A stretch of 64,000 nucleotides of DNA from Octopus sinensis (taxonomy: Eukaryota), in assembly GCF_006345805.1 (NCBI RefSeq), contig NC_043002.1:83576001-83640000 (forward strand). Reading direction: 5' to 3'. Position 1 is the first letter of the stretch; the number at the start of each line of letters is the position of its first letter. A program made the position numbers and the translations under genes. A model generated the notes under the pieces. It was not told where the DNA came from, did no database searches, and saw only the letters and a list, made by a program, of their open reading frames with translations. Shown piece by piece: positions 51,581-64,000 of this stretch.

Positions 51581-53650
51581 ATAAATGCACTTATTATTAA
51601 TAGTAAAATATAAATTCAAAGTATAAACTATGAATCCAAAGTATATTTCAGAGTATATACCATGAAAATATACATTGAAAAATGTGGAAATCTTACAGTA
51701 ATACATCAATATGATAAAAAAATATAATTACTCTTTTACTCTTTTATTTGTTTCAGTCCCTTATGTTGTATGCAATATGTATAAATACTTATATATTACA
51801 CACTTGAAATTTTCAGTATGAATGAATCTGTGATCACAGTCGGCGTTATCTATTTTATAAGCCATAAAAAGTTTCTTAGAAATTTATATCATACTTCTTT
51901 CTTATATTTTCCTATTTTTCGTATATTTTGATTCACCTCATAACGTTAGACTTATTTATCGAATTATAGTAATGACTTTATACTTATTTATCGAATTATG
52001 GATATTATAAATTGCATTATTCTTATTATGTCTTTTCCAGTTGTACTTTATTCTATTACATTATCTTGTTTTATTTTATTTTATTTTATTCCATTATACT
52101 TTTTAAACTACACTTTAATTATTTTTCAAATTCTTATAAGATTCTTTGCATAATCACTATCTACCACTTCCATTTTTTAACATTATCCATTTAAAAAATT
52201 ATTATCCATTTTTTATTATTATCCTTTTTAAAAATCATTATCCATTTGTTTTTATATACTTTTTTTATTTTATGCTTTTCATTGTGTACTTTTTATTTAT
52301 CTAATTATTGATATGACGGCCACTCTTCTTATTTGGTACCAACCCCCAACAGCGCATCTTAGACTTACTATCTCTATTTTTCAAGGCCTTTCCAGCTTTA
52401 AAGGGGGCATATAGAAGGTCGTTAAATAAATAAATATATAAGTAACTGAGTGACCTTACCCTTTGTATTTTGCCCCCAAGCCTCTTGTTGAATAGAAATA
52501 AAAGATAAAGGAAACTAACTGTTATCTGTAGGGGCGAGATGTTTCGCTATCTGATTTCCCCTTACAACATCCTCTAACCTCCTTTATTGCTATAAATCTT
52601 CGTTACCCTCTACTCAAGCCTGACTTCGGGTTATTTTCTCCTATAACATTACCAAACTGAACTAACATATTCATTCTACGACCAACAATGGTCATAGAAT
52701 CATGCACATATGTGTGTGCGTGTATGTGTGTATATTATGTTTGTCTTTGTGCCTGTATTTGTCCTCATCATCACCGTTTGACGAGCGGTATTGGCGAGTT
52801 TACATCTCCGTAACTTAGCAGTTCAACAAAAAAGTCCGATAGAATAAGTACTAGGCTTTAAAAAATAAGTCCCGAGGTCGATTTGTTTGACTAAAACCTG
52901 TCAAGGTGGTGCCCAAGCATGGGCGCAGTAAAAATAACTGAAACAAGTAAAAGATTAAAAAATAGATGTCTTTTATTAGACATGGCGGAACAAAGCTTGA
53001 CTAACTGTAGAAACTTTAATTGAATGAAATAATTTACTGAAAGCTTGCGCTGTATTCATTCCTAGGACCCTTCTCATCGGTTTTCTATTTCTGCATTTGT
53101 TTTCTGCACTCTTGTTTGTGCAGATAACATAAGTCTGGGTGATAGTATTAAACTTCTCGGTAGGTACACTTTTCTTGGAGGTGCGTGGTTGAGGACAAAG
53201 AAAATGACCTGAGACATTACAAACAATACTGTGAAGAGAAAATTGTTAGAAAACAAATACGATATTGAATTACGTTTGTGGGCATTTGAGTTGAAGGACA
53301 AAAGTGTAGGAAAAAGAAATTAAAACAAAACAGAGTGAGGGAAATGTCAAAGAGATTTACACATGCATCAAAATTTAGAAAACTAAAACTAATTAATATT
53401 ATAAGAAATTATAATACAATGACTGAAAGTAATAAGCAAATAAGTTCTAATTAGAGTTGAGATGATTTATTTTCGTTAAAAACGTGGCACGGTGAAGAAA
53501 AACGTCTTTAAATTTACACATGACACAAATTTTGAACCTGTTTTAGAAAAGGACATGTTTTCATTAAAGTAGTGTGTGTAGAAGAGAAATGATATTACAA
53601 TATATAAAATCAAGTTAATTGGTAAAAGAAAAAAAGAATTTATAATATAA

Positions 53651-54156
53651 CTTTACTCCCTCCAGCGTCGACGTGAGCGGTACATCATTTGTACGATGTG
53701 GAAAATATACCGCCAACTTTGCCCAAACGACCTAAACATTAGCTTCAAGGTTCATCCAAGACTTGGACCACGGGCTATACGTCCCCTGCCAAATTCAAGA
53801 TCACAACATACATGTACACTGCAACATAATTTCTTTTCCTCAACAGGCCCTGCCCTATTTAACATTGTCCCGAGGGAGATCAAAGAGGAAAAGGATCCCA
53901 TCAACTTTAAACAGAGTCTGGATAGATTCCTTCAAAGAATACCAGATAAGCCACCCATAATTGGATACAACTCACCCAACAAGAACTCACTACTTGAACA
54001 AAACTGGATACAACTCACCCAACAAGAACTCACTACTTGAACAAAACTTGACTTAAACAGGATTCGAATAATCCTATCAGGTGGTGCTATTAAGTTAGAC
54101 ATGGCCTGGACCAATCTCTGGTCGAAACATATCTAAGTTTTATCTAAGTTTTAAGT
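53651..54156 (+). mobile_element. CR1/L2-group LINE ORF2 3' end with 3' UTR
   Basis: Reads LYSLQRRRERYIICTMWKI...FFSSTGPALFNIVPREIK...FKQSLDRFLQRIPDKP..GYNSPNKNSLLE. 43-bp tandem duplication at ~53962-54047; tail (TATCTAAGTTT)2. Confidence 0.85.
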
Positions 54157-55071
54157 TTTATAACGGAATATGATTATAAAGTAATAATAAATCTCTGAAC
54201 GAGATGTAAACAGTAACTGCTCAGTATACTTTACGTTAATTATAAAGTGTTTCACCGATTTAACAAAAAGGTTTTCACTTTCACGAGCGAAGATTTCGTT
54301 TGAGATTAAGAGTGTAATGAACTTACATAGCAGCACTTTCGCTTTTGAAATTCTGAAACGTTTAAGAGGTAGCGAAGGGCATTTCAGTACGTGATGCGTT
54401 ATAGACAAAGTTTCACATCTCTACAAACAATCAGAGGAACAGTGAAATGGAGACTTACATACGTTCATATGTAAAAGATATGCAAACACAAATACATGCA
54501 TGTGCAAAATACACACACACACACACACAATATATATATATATATGTCAGTATAACAGAAGCTGATCTATAAATGTTGATTTGTTGGTTGGTTGACTCTT
54601 CAGTCACGCTTTACATCATATAGAGAGAAGAGATGGGAGAGTAAAAGAGAGAGTTAATATAAGACGTACAGGGTGAATGCACATATTAGGCTTAGTGACA
54701 GGCAATGAATAACAGAATGCTATCCTATATAGCGACAGAATAAAAAAAGATTCATAGAAACAGAGGAGGTTGAACAGGGAGAGTAAATAACAGAGTAAAC
54801 ATGGAGGAAGTTATACCAATGAGAATTTTATTTTATTTTATTTTTTTTATTTTATTTTATTTTATTTTATGTTAAGGTAATAAATATTTTTCTTTTGAAA
54901 ATTAACATTCAGTTCATCATTTTGTATAACCTCTAAGAAATGTCATGAAAGTAAAATTATAATTATTGTTGGTATGCAATATTTCCTGATATTACAAACG
55001 GTAGAAAATGTAGACTTCAAAAGCTATGTTATTCACACACACACACACACATACATATACATATATATCTA

Positions 55072-55182
<111 letters not shown>

Positions 55183-55186
55183 ATCT

Positions 55187-55239
<53 letters not shown>

Positions 55240-55241
<2 letters not shown>

Positions 55242-55635
55242 GGCGTAGGCGCGGCTGTTGTTGTGAGAAGCTTCCTTCCCAACCACATGGTTCCAGGTTC
55301 ATTCCCATTGTGTAACACCTTGTGCAAGTGTCTTCTACTATAGCTTTGGGCCGACCAAAGTCTTGTGAGTGGATTTGGTAGATAGAAACTAAAAGAAGCC
55401 CGTTTTGTATATATATATGTGTGTGTTTGTGTGTGTGTGTGTCTTTGTGTTGTGTTTCTCTCCCACCACCACTTGACAACCGATGTTGGTGTGTTTACGT
55501 CCCCTATCTTAGCGGTTCGGCAAAAGAGACCGATAGAATAAGGCTTAAGAAAAAGAAGTCTGGGGGGGTCGATTTGCTCGACTAAAACGATTTGCTCTGC
55601 ATGGCCGTAATCAAATGACTGAAACAAGTAAAAGG
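55240..55635 (+). mobile_element. SINE family A, full length
   Basis: Same head, body and tail; lies between (TA)n tracts. Confidence 0.88.
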
Positions 55636-55667
<32 letters not shown>

Positions 55668-55670
55668 AGA

Positions 55671-55710
<40 letters not shown>

Positions 55711-56329
55711 CACATATACGTACATATATATTACAAATATGTAAAAAAAAAATCAAGCAAGTTACTTTTGTCCAAAACACGCTCAAAATAAATTATTATA
55801 ATGTTAAATATTTGTATTCGTAAGAACCTGTCAGTCCATCTGGTTTTTCTAAGTTTCTTATCCGGTTTTAAAACTAAACTTTAATCGCCAGACACCTGGA
55901 CATCACCCAAATAAGATGTTGAACATAGAGAGGAAGTACTATTCACTTCTATTTGGCGCTTTGAAAGCACCCTGGGAAAATTCAATTACCTAATTAAACT
56001 CCTAAACTATGATTAAAGGGAGGTAAGTTATAAATATATGATGGGTTGGGTTCATTATGAAAACTCATCCTGTAAAAAAACAAAAGAAACAAATGCAAAA
56101 TATTGTTCACGATGAATATTATGAGAAAATAAGTAGTAATTATATAGCTCTGGTTTATTAGTAAAAAATAAAGAAAAATGGAAATAGCGCTTAGTTACAG
56201 CTTGATAGAAAGATAAAAGTATAAGAAGTGCTGTATGTTTGGATAACTGTAACAGATGTGCACAAACATACACTCCCTGCCTTAAGTACATCGTCACATT
56301 CGCACATAAATGCAGTAACCAATACAAGG

Positions 56330-57170
56330 TGGTCTGACCAGTTGCATAAACTGAATTTATCTACGTGTTTGCATTTTCCGAACGCTACAGGTTTAGCATT
56401 TAAATATAGACCACGTTGCAGTGTGGATGATTTTAGGGTTATTTTTCTCTGCAGTGAATAGACCACATATATTGCTACCATTTTAAAGGGGCGTTAATCT
56501 TTAAACAATTTTCCAGTTGATATTATTGTTCGAAGCTTTTTCTTTCAATGACCAGATATAAGTTGAGAGATTTGTAACATTTTGCATACTAATGGTTCTG
56601 AATTCATATATGAGGTACTGGTCCATTGCAAGATCTATTCAGCGGAAATGTTAGGGGATCAGTGCAATATAATTTCTTCATATTAACGGTGCGGCACAAT
56701 CTTACCATAAAGTTATAGTTGCTAGTTATAGTTGCTTCATAATCTTCTTTATCTGTGGCTAGTAGGAAAGTGTCTATCTTTTAAATTTAGAAAAGTTTTT
56801 GCTGTGTTGAATCTGACGCTTAGCTAGTAAGTCAAAAGGGATACAGACTGGACGAATACCATGTCTCTGAATCCACTTGCTGTTAAATTGTTTTTATAGT
56901 AATGGTTTGCCCTGTAAAAATTTTCTTACTTGAAGACAGATTTAATATCCTTCAACTTGTATTATTAAGTTTTGTAATGCTATCGGAGGATGGCACGAAC
57001 ATGTGTTTACAAGCGAAGTTTTCATTTGGCCCTCTATGCGATTTGCACGAGCTACTATTTAAATCTTGGTCGGCACACAAGAAAAGATTTTGAAAGAAAA
57101 AAGTGTCAAAATATACCAAGTAGAAGATTATTAAAACTGAAGCCTTTGAGAAATTTCAACAACGTCTTAT
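56330..57170 (-). pseudogene. Penelope-like element ORF remnant (RT thumb to GIY-YIG endonuclease C-terminus)
   Basis: Frame-shifted minus-strand pieces: SCHPPIAL, ENFYRANHYYKNNLTASGF, KTFLNLKDRHFPTSH, NYIAL, TNLSTYIWSLKEK..INWKIV, NGSNICGLFTAEK, LNAKP...KCKHVDKFSL, in the colinear order expected for Penelope. Confidence 0.75.
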
Positions 57171-57194
57171 GGATTGAAACATGATAAAGCCTAG

Positions 57195-57380
57195 AACAGA
57201 CAAAGAGATTAAGTCGATTACATCGACCCCACTGCGTAACTGGTACTTAATTTATCGACCTCAAAAGGATGAAAGGCAAAATCGACCTCGGCGAAATTTG
57301 AACTCAGAATGTAACGGCAGACGAAATACGGCTACGCATTTCGCCCGGCGTGCTAACGTTTCTGCCAGCTCGCCGCCTTA
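57195..57380 (-). mobile_element. SINE family B
   Basis: Reverse complement of head and body. Confidence 0.85.
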
Positions 57381-57989
57381 AATGATGTATAATATTTGCA
57401 AGACAGGCTGACCTGGTTTCTAAATATTGGTGTTAATTCTAAAACTCTGGTCGCCCTGATCGTGCAAACCATGATCAAAGGCACTCCAACTAGATGACCT
57501 TTTTAAGGACATGCTTTTGACTAGGACTTCATTATCCAATATGTCTTTTCTTTATTTAAATGGTAACCTCTGAGGGATGTTTGGCTGATAGTTATTTTTA
57601 GGCCTATTGATCACGTTGATGTACCTACGTTAACTCGTGTGCTTATAGCTGTGTTCGCCAATTCAGCAGTTAAAAATTCTTTCCTGAATATCGTTTGGTG
57701 AATATCTCTGCGGTCATATTTTCTGGTATACAACTTCTTTACTGGCCACCCGGAATTTCACACACACACACACACACACCACACACACACACACACACAC
57801 GCACGCACGCACACACACACACACACACACCACACACCACACACACCACACACACACACACACGCACGCACGCACGCACACACACACACACACAGACACT
57901 TACACACACACACAGTATTTTTTATACAAAATTGTTACAACATGCTTGGGTAAAGAATAAAGAGGGGAAAGACAAAGCTTAAAACATGA

Positions 57990-59030
57990 AAATTATGTCA
58001 AAGTTGCAAACCAATAGAAATAAACAAGCGGTGCCGATAAGAAATCAGACCACTACCTATGGAGGACGAGGGCACGTAAAACGCCGGATACCTTAAACAG
58101 CAAGAGTTACTCTCTTCTGACAGGTTTTACGAAGTGGCTCTTTCATACGCACTAGTTTCTCTATTTACATCCGTCTTTCATAAAATTTGCTCGAGAGCAG
58201 TATATTCTTCTCAACCGTCACCATCCACTTGAAGTAGGACTCGAAGAAGCCGATAGGATACAATCAGAGAACTGGAATTCTGTTTTCAACGCCTCAAGTA
58301 CTTCCAGCATAGTCTCTTCCATTGTAACAATCTGGCTAGGAAATTTGTTTGTACCTTTGTTGTCAAAGAAGTTTGGTGAGGGTCGATCTTTTACTCAGTG
58401 GACAGCCAAGTCCATTCTACACACGGGAAGAAGCCTTTGATTTATCTCTATATGTCAATAATGGATACGAAACAAAGGCGTTAAGAAGAATTCTTCACTT
58501 TCAACAATCTGGCTAGGAAATTCGTTTGTACTTTTGTTGTCAAAGAAGTTTGGTGAGGGTCGATCTTTTACTCGGCGGACAGCCAAGTCCATTCTACACA
58601 CGGGAAGAAGCCTTTTATTTATCTCTATATGTCAATAATGGATACAAAACAAAGGCGTTAAGAAGAATTCATCACTTTCAACAATCTGGCTAGGAAATTC
58701 GTTTGTACCTTTGTTGTCAAAGAAGTTTGGTGAGGGTCGATCTTTTACTCAGCGGACAGCCAAGTCCATTCTACACACGGGAAGAAGCCTTTGATTTATC
58801 TCTATATGTCAATAATGGATACAAAACAAAGGCGTTAAGAAGAATTCGTTACTTTCCACACTTCTCGAACAGTTCCCACTGGCAGCCATAGTTCCGTACC
58901 TGTAAACCTTAACCCGATCTGAAAATGTATCCGGTACCACAGCTCGGTGAGATGCTTCTGGAAGTAGTCAATAGACCCTGAACCAAAATAGCTCCGTCAT
59001 AAACTACTTAGCTGGTCTTCGTCGACCGCC
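57990..59030 (-). pseudogene. Tx1/L1-clade LINE ORF2 3' remnant containing a 177-bp triplication
   Basis: Minus-strand fragments AVDEDQLSSL*RSYFGSGSIDYFQK..WYR, RVKVYRYG, CSRSVESNE..NAFVLYP, IGFFESYFKWMVTVEKNILLSSKFYERR. 3' side lies near a (CA)n tract. Confidence 0.6.
58326..58848. repeat. Three tandem 177-bp units
   Basis: aacaatctggctaggaaat restarts at 58326, 58503 and 58680. Confidence 0.95.
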
Positions 59031-59946
59031 AGATTTTCCCACCACCACCACCTCCACCACTACTTTCACCACCACCGACACGACATTGTTCATACCCACC
59101 GCTGACCTTTATACAAAATGTTAGTCTGGACGGTCCATCACCCCCACCACTATCACCACCATTACATAAATACAAATTATTCAATCAATTCTCCATAGAC
59201 TCTTCCTCTCCTACCTTATGTACTTTTTCTTTATTTCATATGTGCATTGAATTCATTTCTTCTTTATTTCTTTCATTCTTTTTCTCTGACTATTTCCTCT
59301 TCGCTTCCTCTATATCTTTCTTTCTTTCTTCAGACATTCCTGTCTCCTTACGTCAGGGTGTTCTTTCTATAACTCTTTATTTACTCAATCCATTTCCTTG
59401 TTTTCCTCACATTCTGGTTTTTCCTTTTCTTTTCTCCTTTATCCTTGCACACCAAGTTAAGTTCCTATTCTTTCTTCCTTTTGACTAGCCACCAATTTCT
59501 TCCTTTCTCCCTGTTTCACTTTCTTTCTATCTATCCTCTCTATCTTTCTCACACCCCTCTAACCACTCTGCCAATTTCAACGACGATCCTCTGTAAAATA
59601 ATATAGTGAATTATGTAAACTTTTTCTCTCGGGATAGGGTTACTGCAGTCCTTGCACACATTGTGGTAATTTTCAGTATTGTTAATGTTTCACAGCAGAA
59701 TACTAAGTATTTTAGCGGTCACCAACCTGGCTTTGAGTAAAACAACAAAACTAGAGGATCAGTTAATTATGATTTTATACAACCCTCCTAGATTCACACA
59801 CTTATTGCAGTGGTCCTTCAGAACTCGGAAGACCTGGTTGTGCCTCCAACCAGTCCTTTCGCGATACACTTAAAGCCAGGAACTTTTCAGTATCCCCCAC
59901 GTATATATATATATATAATATATATATATATATAATATATATATAT

Positions 59947-60238
59947 AAAACACTTGACCCTGTTATCTCCCCTACTGCCCCTCTCGCGTCTGACCACTGT
60001 CCGAAGTCAGGACGCCATGATAGATCGTTAGCTCCTACACGCATTTTTTTCTCTCCTTTTTCTCTCTCCTTGTTTCTCTCCTTGTTCTTTTTTTCTGTGT
60101 ATCTTTTTGTCGAAGAGCGTAGGCTCGAAACATAAAAGACTTTTTCTATTTCTATTCCTGAGCGCTATACTAATACATTTGTTTGTTTGTACTCCACCTG
60201 CCTTCGTCTTTTGTTTATTTTCGTAAACTTTCCCTTTA
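59947..60238 (+). mobile_element. Short (TA)n-embedded element with a decayed hammerhead motif (60100-60140)
   Basis: TCTTT-TTGTCGAA-GAGC-GTAG-GCTC-GAAAC-ATA-AAAGA: stems I and II are intact but the core is degenerate. Confidence 0.5.
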
Positions 60239-60285
60239 TATATATATATATAGTCGTTTCGTTTCCTCCAAGTAAGATTTATATA

Positions 60286-60690
60286 TCTCTTATTATAAAA
60301 GGCAGATTTTATCTGCCTCCCTTTGGGAGTTATACAAATCTACAATATAGGATTTCTTCAATTACAATTTACCTAGAATTTTTAAGAGTACAATGCATCG
60401 CGTCATGCCAGGTCCAGTTTTTAAAATTTCAACTCCAATTAAGCAAAATTTACAGAAAACTCACATTCTGGTGTGTGTGTCAAATGCTTTTCTTAGTCTG
60501 GTTTACACCACACGCAAACGCACACACACAGTGGGCAACGAATAAAGTGAAACTAGATGTAATATTTGTTTCTCTCTATCACGCTGATAGATACATGAGT
60601 AAAATGTATGGGAAGCTAACACATAAGTGTGAGTGAAAATGTTCTTGGAAGAGAGTAAATAGCCAGAGATAGTGATTTGAGGAAGACTTT
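60286..60690 (+). mobile_element. Helitron-like 5' fragment
   Basis: A|TCTCTTATTATAAAAGGCAG start, like the other Helitron 5' ends; no 3' CTAG end seen. Confidence 0.4.
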
Positions 60691-60755
60691 ACATTAAATA
60701 ACAGTAGTGGCTTGTGTTAGTAATAAAGTAAACATACACTCATACATACATACAT

Positions 60756-60790
<35 letters not shown>

Positions 60791-61102
60791 TACATACATA
60801 CACACATACATACATACATACATACATATACATACATACATATACATACATACATACACACACACACACATACACACACACACAGTATTGAAGCTTGAGA
60901 ACAATCAGATACATTTGCAACACATCTGTTGAAAATATTATTGTTCACACACATACATATACATATATACATACATACAGACAGACAGATAGACACACAC
61001 ACACACACATGATCCAGCATGGCCACAACCTCAAGGCTGAAACATATAAAAGAATAACAGAATATAAATGTGTGCATGTGTGTGAGAGAGAGAGTGTGTG
61101 TG

Positions 61103-61134
<32 letters not shown>

Positions 61135-61144
61135 TATATATATA

Positions 61145-61740
61145 ATAATGCGGTTTTTTCAACAGCTTGAACTAAAAGTCAGAGGGGAATGGGATAAACC
61201 ACTTATATTAACTTGCTATAAAAGCAGGTAGTAATTTTATCTTGTCCTTATTCATAGTGCAAGTTTTGAAGAGTGCATTTCGATTTTAACAGCTATTTTT
61301 TTCAAAGCTATATTGGAAGTAACAAAGGAGCATACTTGGCATATTTTGCTTTATGAGTTCAATAAAGACAACAACGCAACGGAAAGTATAAGAAATATTA
61401 ATGCAGTATATGGGGATTGGACAATAAGCGTAAGGCAGTGTCAATGGTGGTTCCAGAAATTCCGAGCCATAAACTACAGCCTAGAAGACGAGCCTCATCC
61501 TGAAAGATCTGTAGAACTCGACAAGGACATCCTGAAAACCCTGGTGGAACAAAATCTCATCGTAACTGTTGAGGAACTAGCAGAGAAGCTTGGATTTGGT
61601 CATTCAACCATTCATGGAGACCTGTGTGCTATCGGAAAAGTCAGCAAATTGGGTCAATGGGTTCCTCACGAACTTTCCGAGTCTAATTGCATGCAGAGAG
61701 TGAATGTATGCTTTTCTTTGCTGTCACATCTCACCACTAC
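61145..61740 (+). mobile_element. Mariner transposase 5' half (pseudogene)
   Basis: 61313-61735 reads EVTKEHTWHILLYEFNK..NATE..RNINAVYG...CQWWFQKFR..SLEDEP...ELAEKLG..HSTI..L..IGKVSKLGQWVPHEL (HTH plus WVPHEL). Start codon is TTG; truncated before the DD34D domain. Confidence 0.92.
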
Positions 61741-61753
61741 TGCGCTATGTATA

Positions 61754-62388
61754 TCTATATATATAAAACTGTAGTTGTGTGAGTGTCTGTCCCCTTCGAT
61801 TTAGATTCCTAACTACTCCCACATTTTGCGGTGCAGTTTAACCAAATTCGGGTAGCTTATAGTCGTGATTCATATCGAGCCCGTCTGAGTATTAGCGCGC
61901 GTCTACGATGAGTCTACGATTTTAAAAATAATTTAACATAATTTTTTATTCCATTTTAATGCATAATTTTTCGTGTGTCGATGGCGGCGGAGTTGGCGTC
62001 CACGCTCACACCTGCACCTGTGGGGAAGGGAGTGTAAGGAAATCAACGTCATAATGCGTTGTCAAGGAGACCAGCGTTCTTTTAGAACAACGACTTCATG
62101 GCTTGAAGACACCAAAACAGAAATGGCTAAGAAAGCGTCTACATGAGTCTACATTTAAAAAAAAAATTACCATCGTTTTTTTTCCATTTTAATGCATTTT
62201 TTCGCTATTATATGAGGGAAGTAACTCTCTAAAAATGTCTACGATGAGTCAACGATTTTTAAAAAAATTTACCATCATATTATTTCCATTTTTAATGCAT
62301 TTTTGGCTATTTTTTGGCTATAACTCTCTAAAAATGCTTATATAGTTATTTCCCTTACAAACCCGAGCAACGCCGGGCGATACTGCTA

Positions 62389-62389
<1 letters not shown>
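61754..62389 (+). mobile_element. Non-autonomous Helitron
   Basis: A|TC 5' end, subterminal hairpin CCCGAGCAACGCCGGG, CTAG|T 3' end, three internal gtctacgatgagtc subrepeats. Confidence 0.85.
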
Positions 62390-62457
<68 letters not shown>

Positions 62458-63073
62458 ATATACATACATACATACATACATACATACAGAAGTGGGCACC
62501 ATTAATCGAAAAGTTAACTTCGTTAATCGTTAATTCATTAATTCTTTTAAAATGTAACGGAAGTTAGCGTTAATCTGTCAACGTTAACTTTTATTGAAAA
62601 AAGGCACATCTACAGTTTAATACCCCATCGAATTTGTTGCCTCATAACTTCCAGAGAAATGGATACTTTTTAACAAAACTTTCACTAAACAATCGCTTAT
62701 ATTCTGTAGATTGAGTTAAGACTTTTGGAAAAAGATTTTCTGAGGGGTTGGGGAGAGGAGTTTCGGAAAATTCAGAAGACCCGACATTTTCCCCCCTCAC
62801 AACTTTCTGGAAAATAGGTATTTTTTAATGAATTTTTATACAAATACCTTTCAAACGGTGTAGATTACGATTAAAAAGAAATTTGTAGGCAAAATTTTGG
62901 GAAGGGGGCAGGGGTCTGGAAAACGGAGTCTCAGTTCAGACGGCTCACATAATTTGTAATTTCTCTGTTTTGAATTTTTTTTCACTTCCGCTACCCCCTC
63001 ACCATCCCAGTCGGGATCGATTTTGGCCATTTTTTTCACTACGCACTTAAGAAATATCTTTGGTTTAAAAAAG

Positions 63074-63772
63074 TCTCTATATATATAAACGGCAAAATAT
63101 GTGTGTGTGTGTGTGTGTGTGTGCATATCCTTTATACAAATCCACAATTTTTCAGTTAGAGGGCTCGCACTTTCTATGGTCATATAAAACCGTCCAAGGG
63201 TGGTTGTGAAGATCTTTTCATTTCCCCAGTTACCCCTGAAAGCCATTTAAAAAAATCGTTAAACCGACCCCTTATGTTTCAGGTAACAAAAGTCTTTAAT
63301 ACAAGGGACGTAATTCCAGGGAAATAACTCTTTAAAACTCTGCATTTCCCTCCCTTTGTTATGTATCACACCTCAATACTGTACCAGACCAATTTATCCA
63401 ATTTAGGACCGGAACTGTCCCGGATTTCTGGATATTCCAGTTTCCCAGAGAATTTCTAAACGTTTGCTTAAAATCTCTATATCTATAAATGGCAAAATGT
63501 CTGTTTTTTGATTGGACGGAGATAATTTTACACCTGACAGTTGGATGCGCGTGCGCATTTGCAGACAGTCTGTATGACTGCACATTTTTGTGTTTTGCGA
63601 AGACGCGTTATCATGTGTTTTGGCTTTCAAACGTGCAAGCTTTTTTGATTTGAGAAATGCAGGGAATAATTAACGAGTTTGACCAAGTGATTGACAAGAG
63701 AGAGGGATTTTCATGAAAGACCAAATATGTTTGACTAGCACTAGACACGACAACGCCGGGTCATAATGCTAG
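63074..63772 (+). mobile_element. Non-autonomous Helitron with two tandem 5' ends
   Basis: TCTCTATAT(A/C)TATAAA(C/T)GGCAAAAT at 63074 and 63474; 3' end caacgccgggtcataatgCTAG|T. Confidence 0.75.
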
Positions 63773-64000
63773 TTGTTAATAATTTCAAAGAAAAATGTGT
63801 GATTTAAGGGAAATCTGGCTGTTTTTTCTAGCTCATACCAAAACCGCCCTCCTCGTTTCTTTCTCACTCACATATCTTTTGATATTTTTCAATATTTTTC
63901 TCCCTATAAACAAATTTTATGGAATGATGATGTCAAAATAACACACGTGTAGTCCTAATCGAGTGAGGCCGTGTTGTGTGTGTGTGTGTGTGTGTGTGTG

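Noticed and set aside
54100-54135. GACCA-loop-TGGTC-GAAAC as a hammerhead
   Set aside because: No CUGAnGA upstream; better explained as the LINE 3' UTR stem-loop.

Overview
Repeat-dense, AT-rich animal genomic DNA. The SINE families and microsatellite load point to an octopus or other coleoid cephalopod (inference). The only host coding sequence I can support is the last two exons of a chimaerin-type RhoGAP gene (+, 1865-1976 and 4465-4633), followed by a probable ~7 kb, microsatellite-filled 3' UTR ending near 11.83 kb. The rest is a transposon mosaic: three tRNA-derived SINE families plus a fourth SINE-like repeat family; 3' fragments of CR1-group, R4/Dong-like, RTE, Tx1/L1 and Penelope retroelements; mariner and maT/DD37D transposase remnants; hAT and Merlin-like MITEs with intact TSDs; non-autonomous Helitrons; and a 37-bp minisatellite. 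The most unusual signal is a set of small non-coding elements in or beside (TA)n tracts. Three are foldbacks (left arm, inverted right arm, unique tail), and four carry minimal type-I hammerhead ribozyme motifs of the kind known from Penelope-like elements, including a long-stem-II variant and a U3-A8 core variant. Almost all ORFs in the supplied track are microsatellite artefacts. All calls come from reading the sequence by eye; no database search was run.
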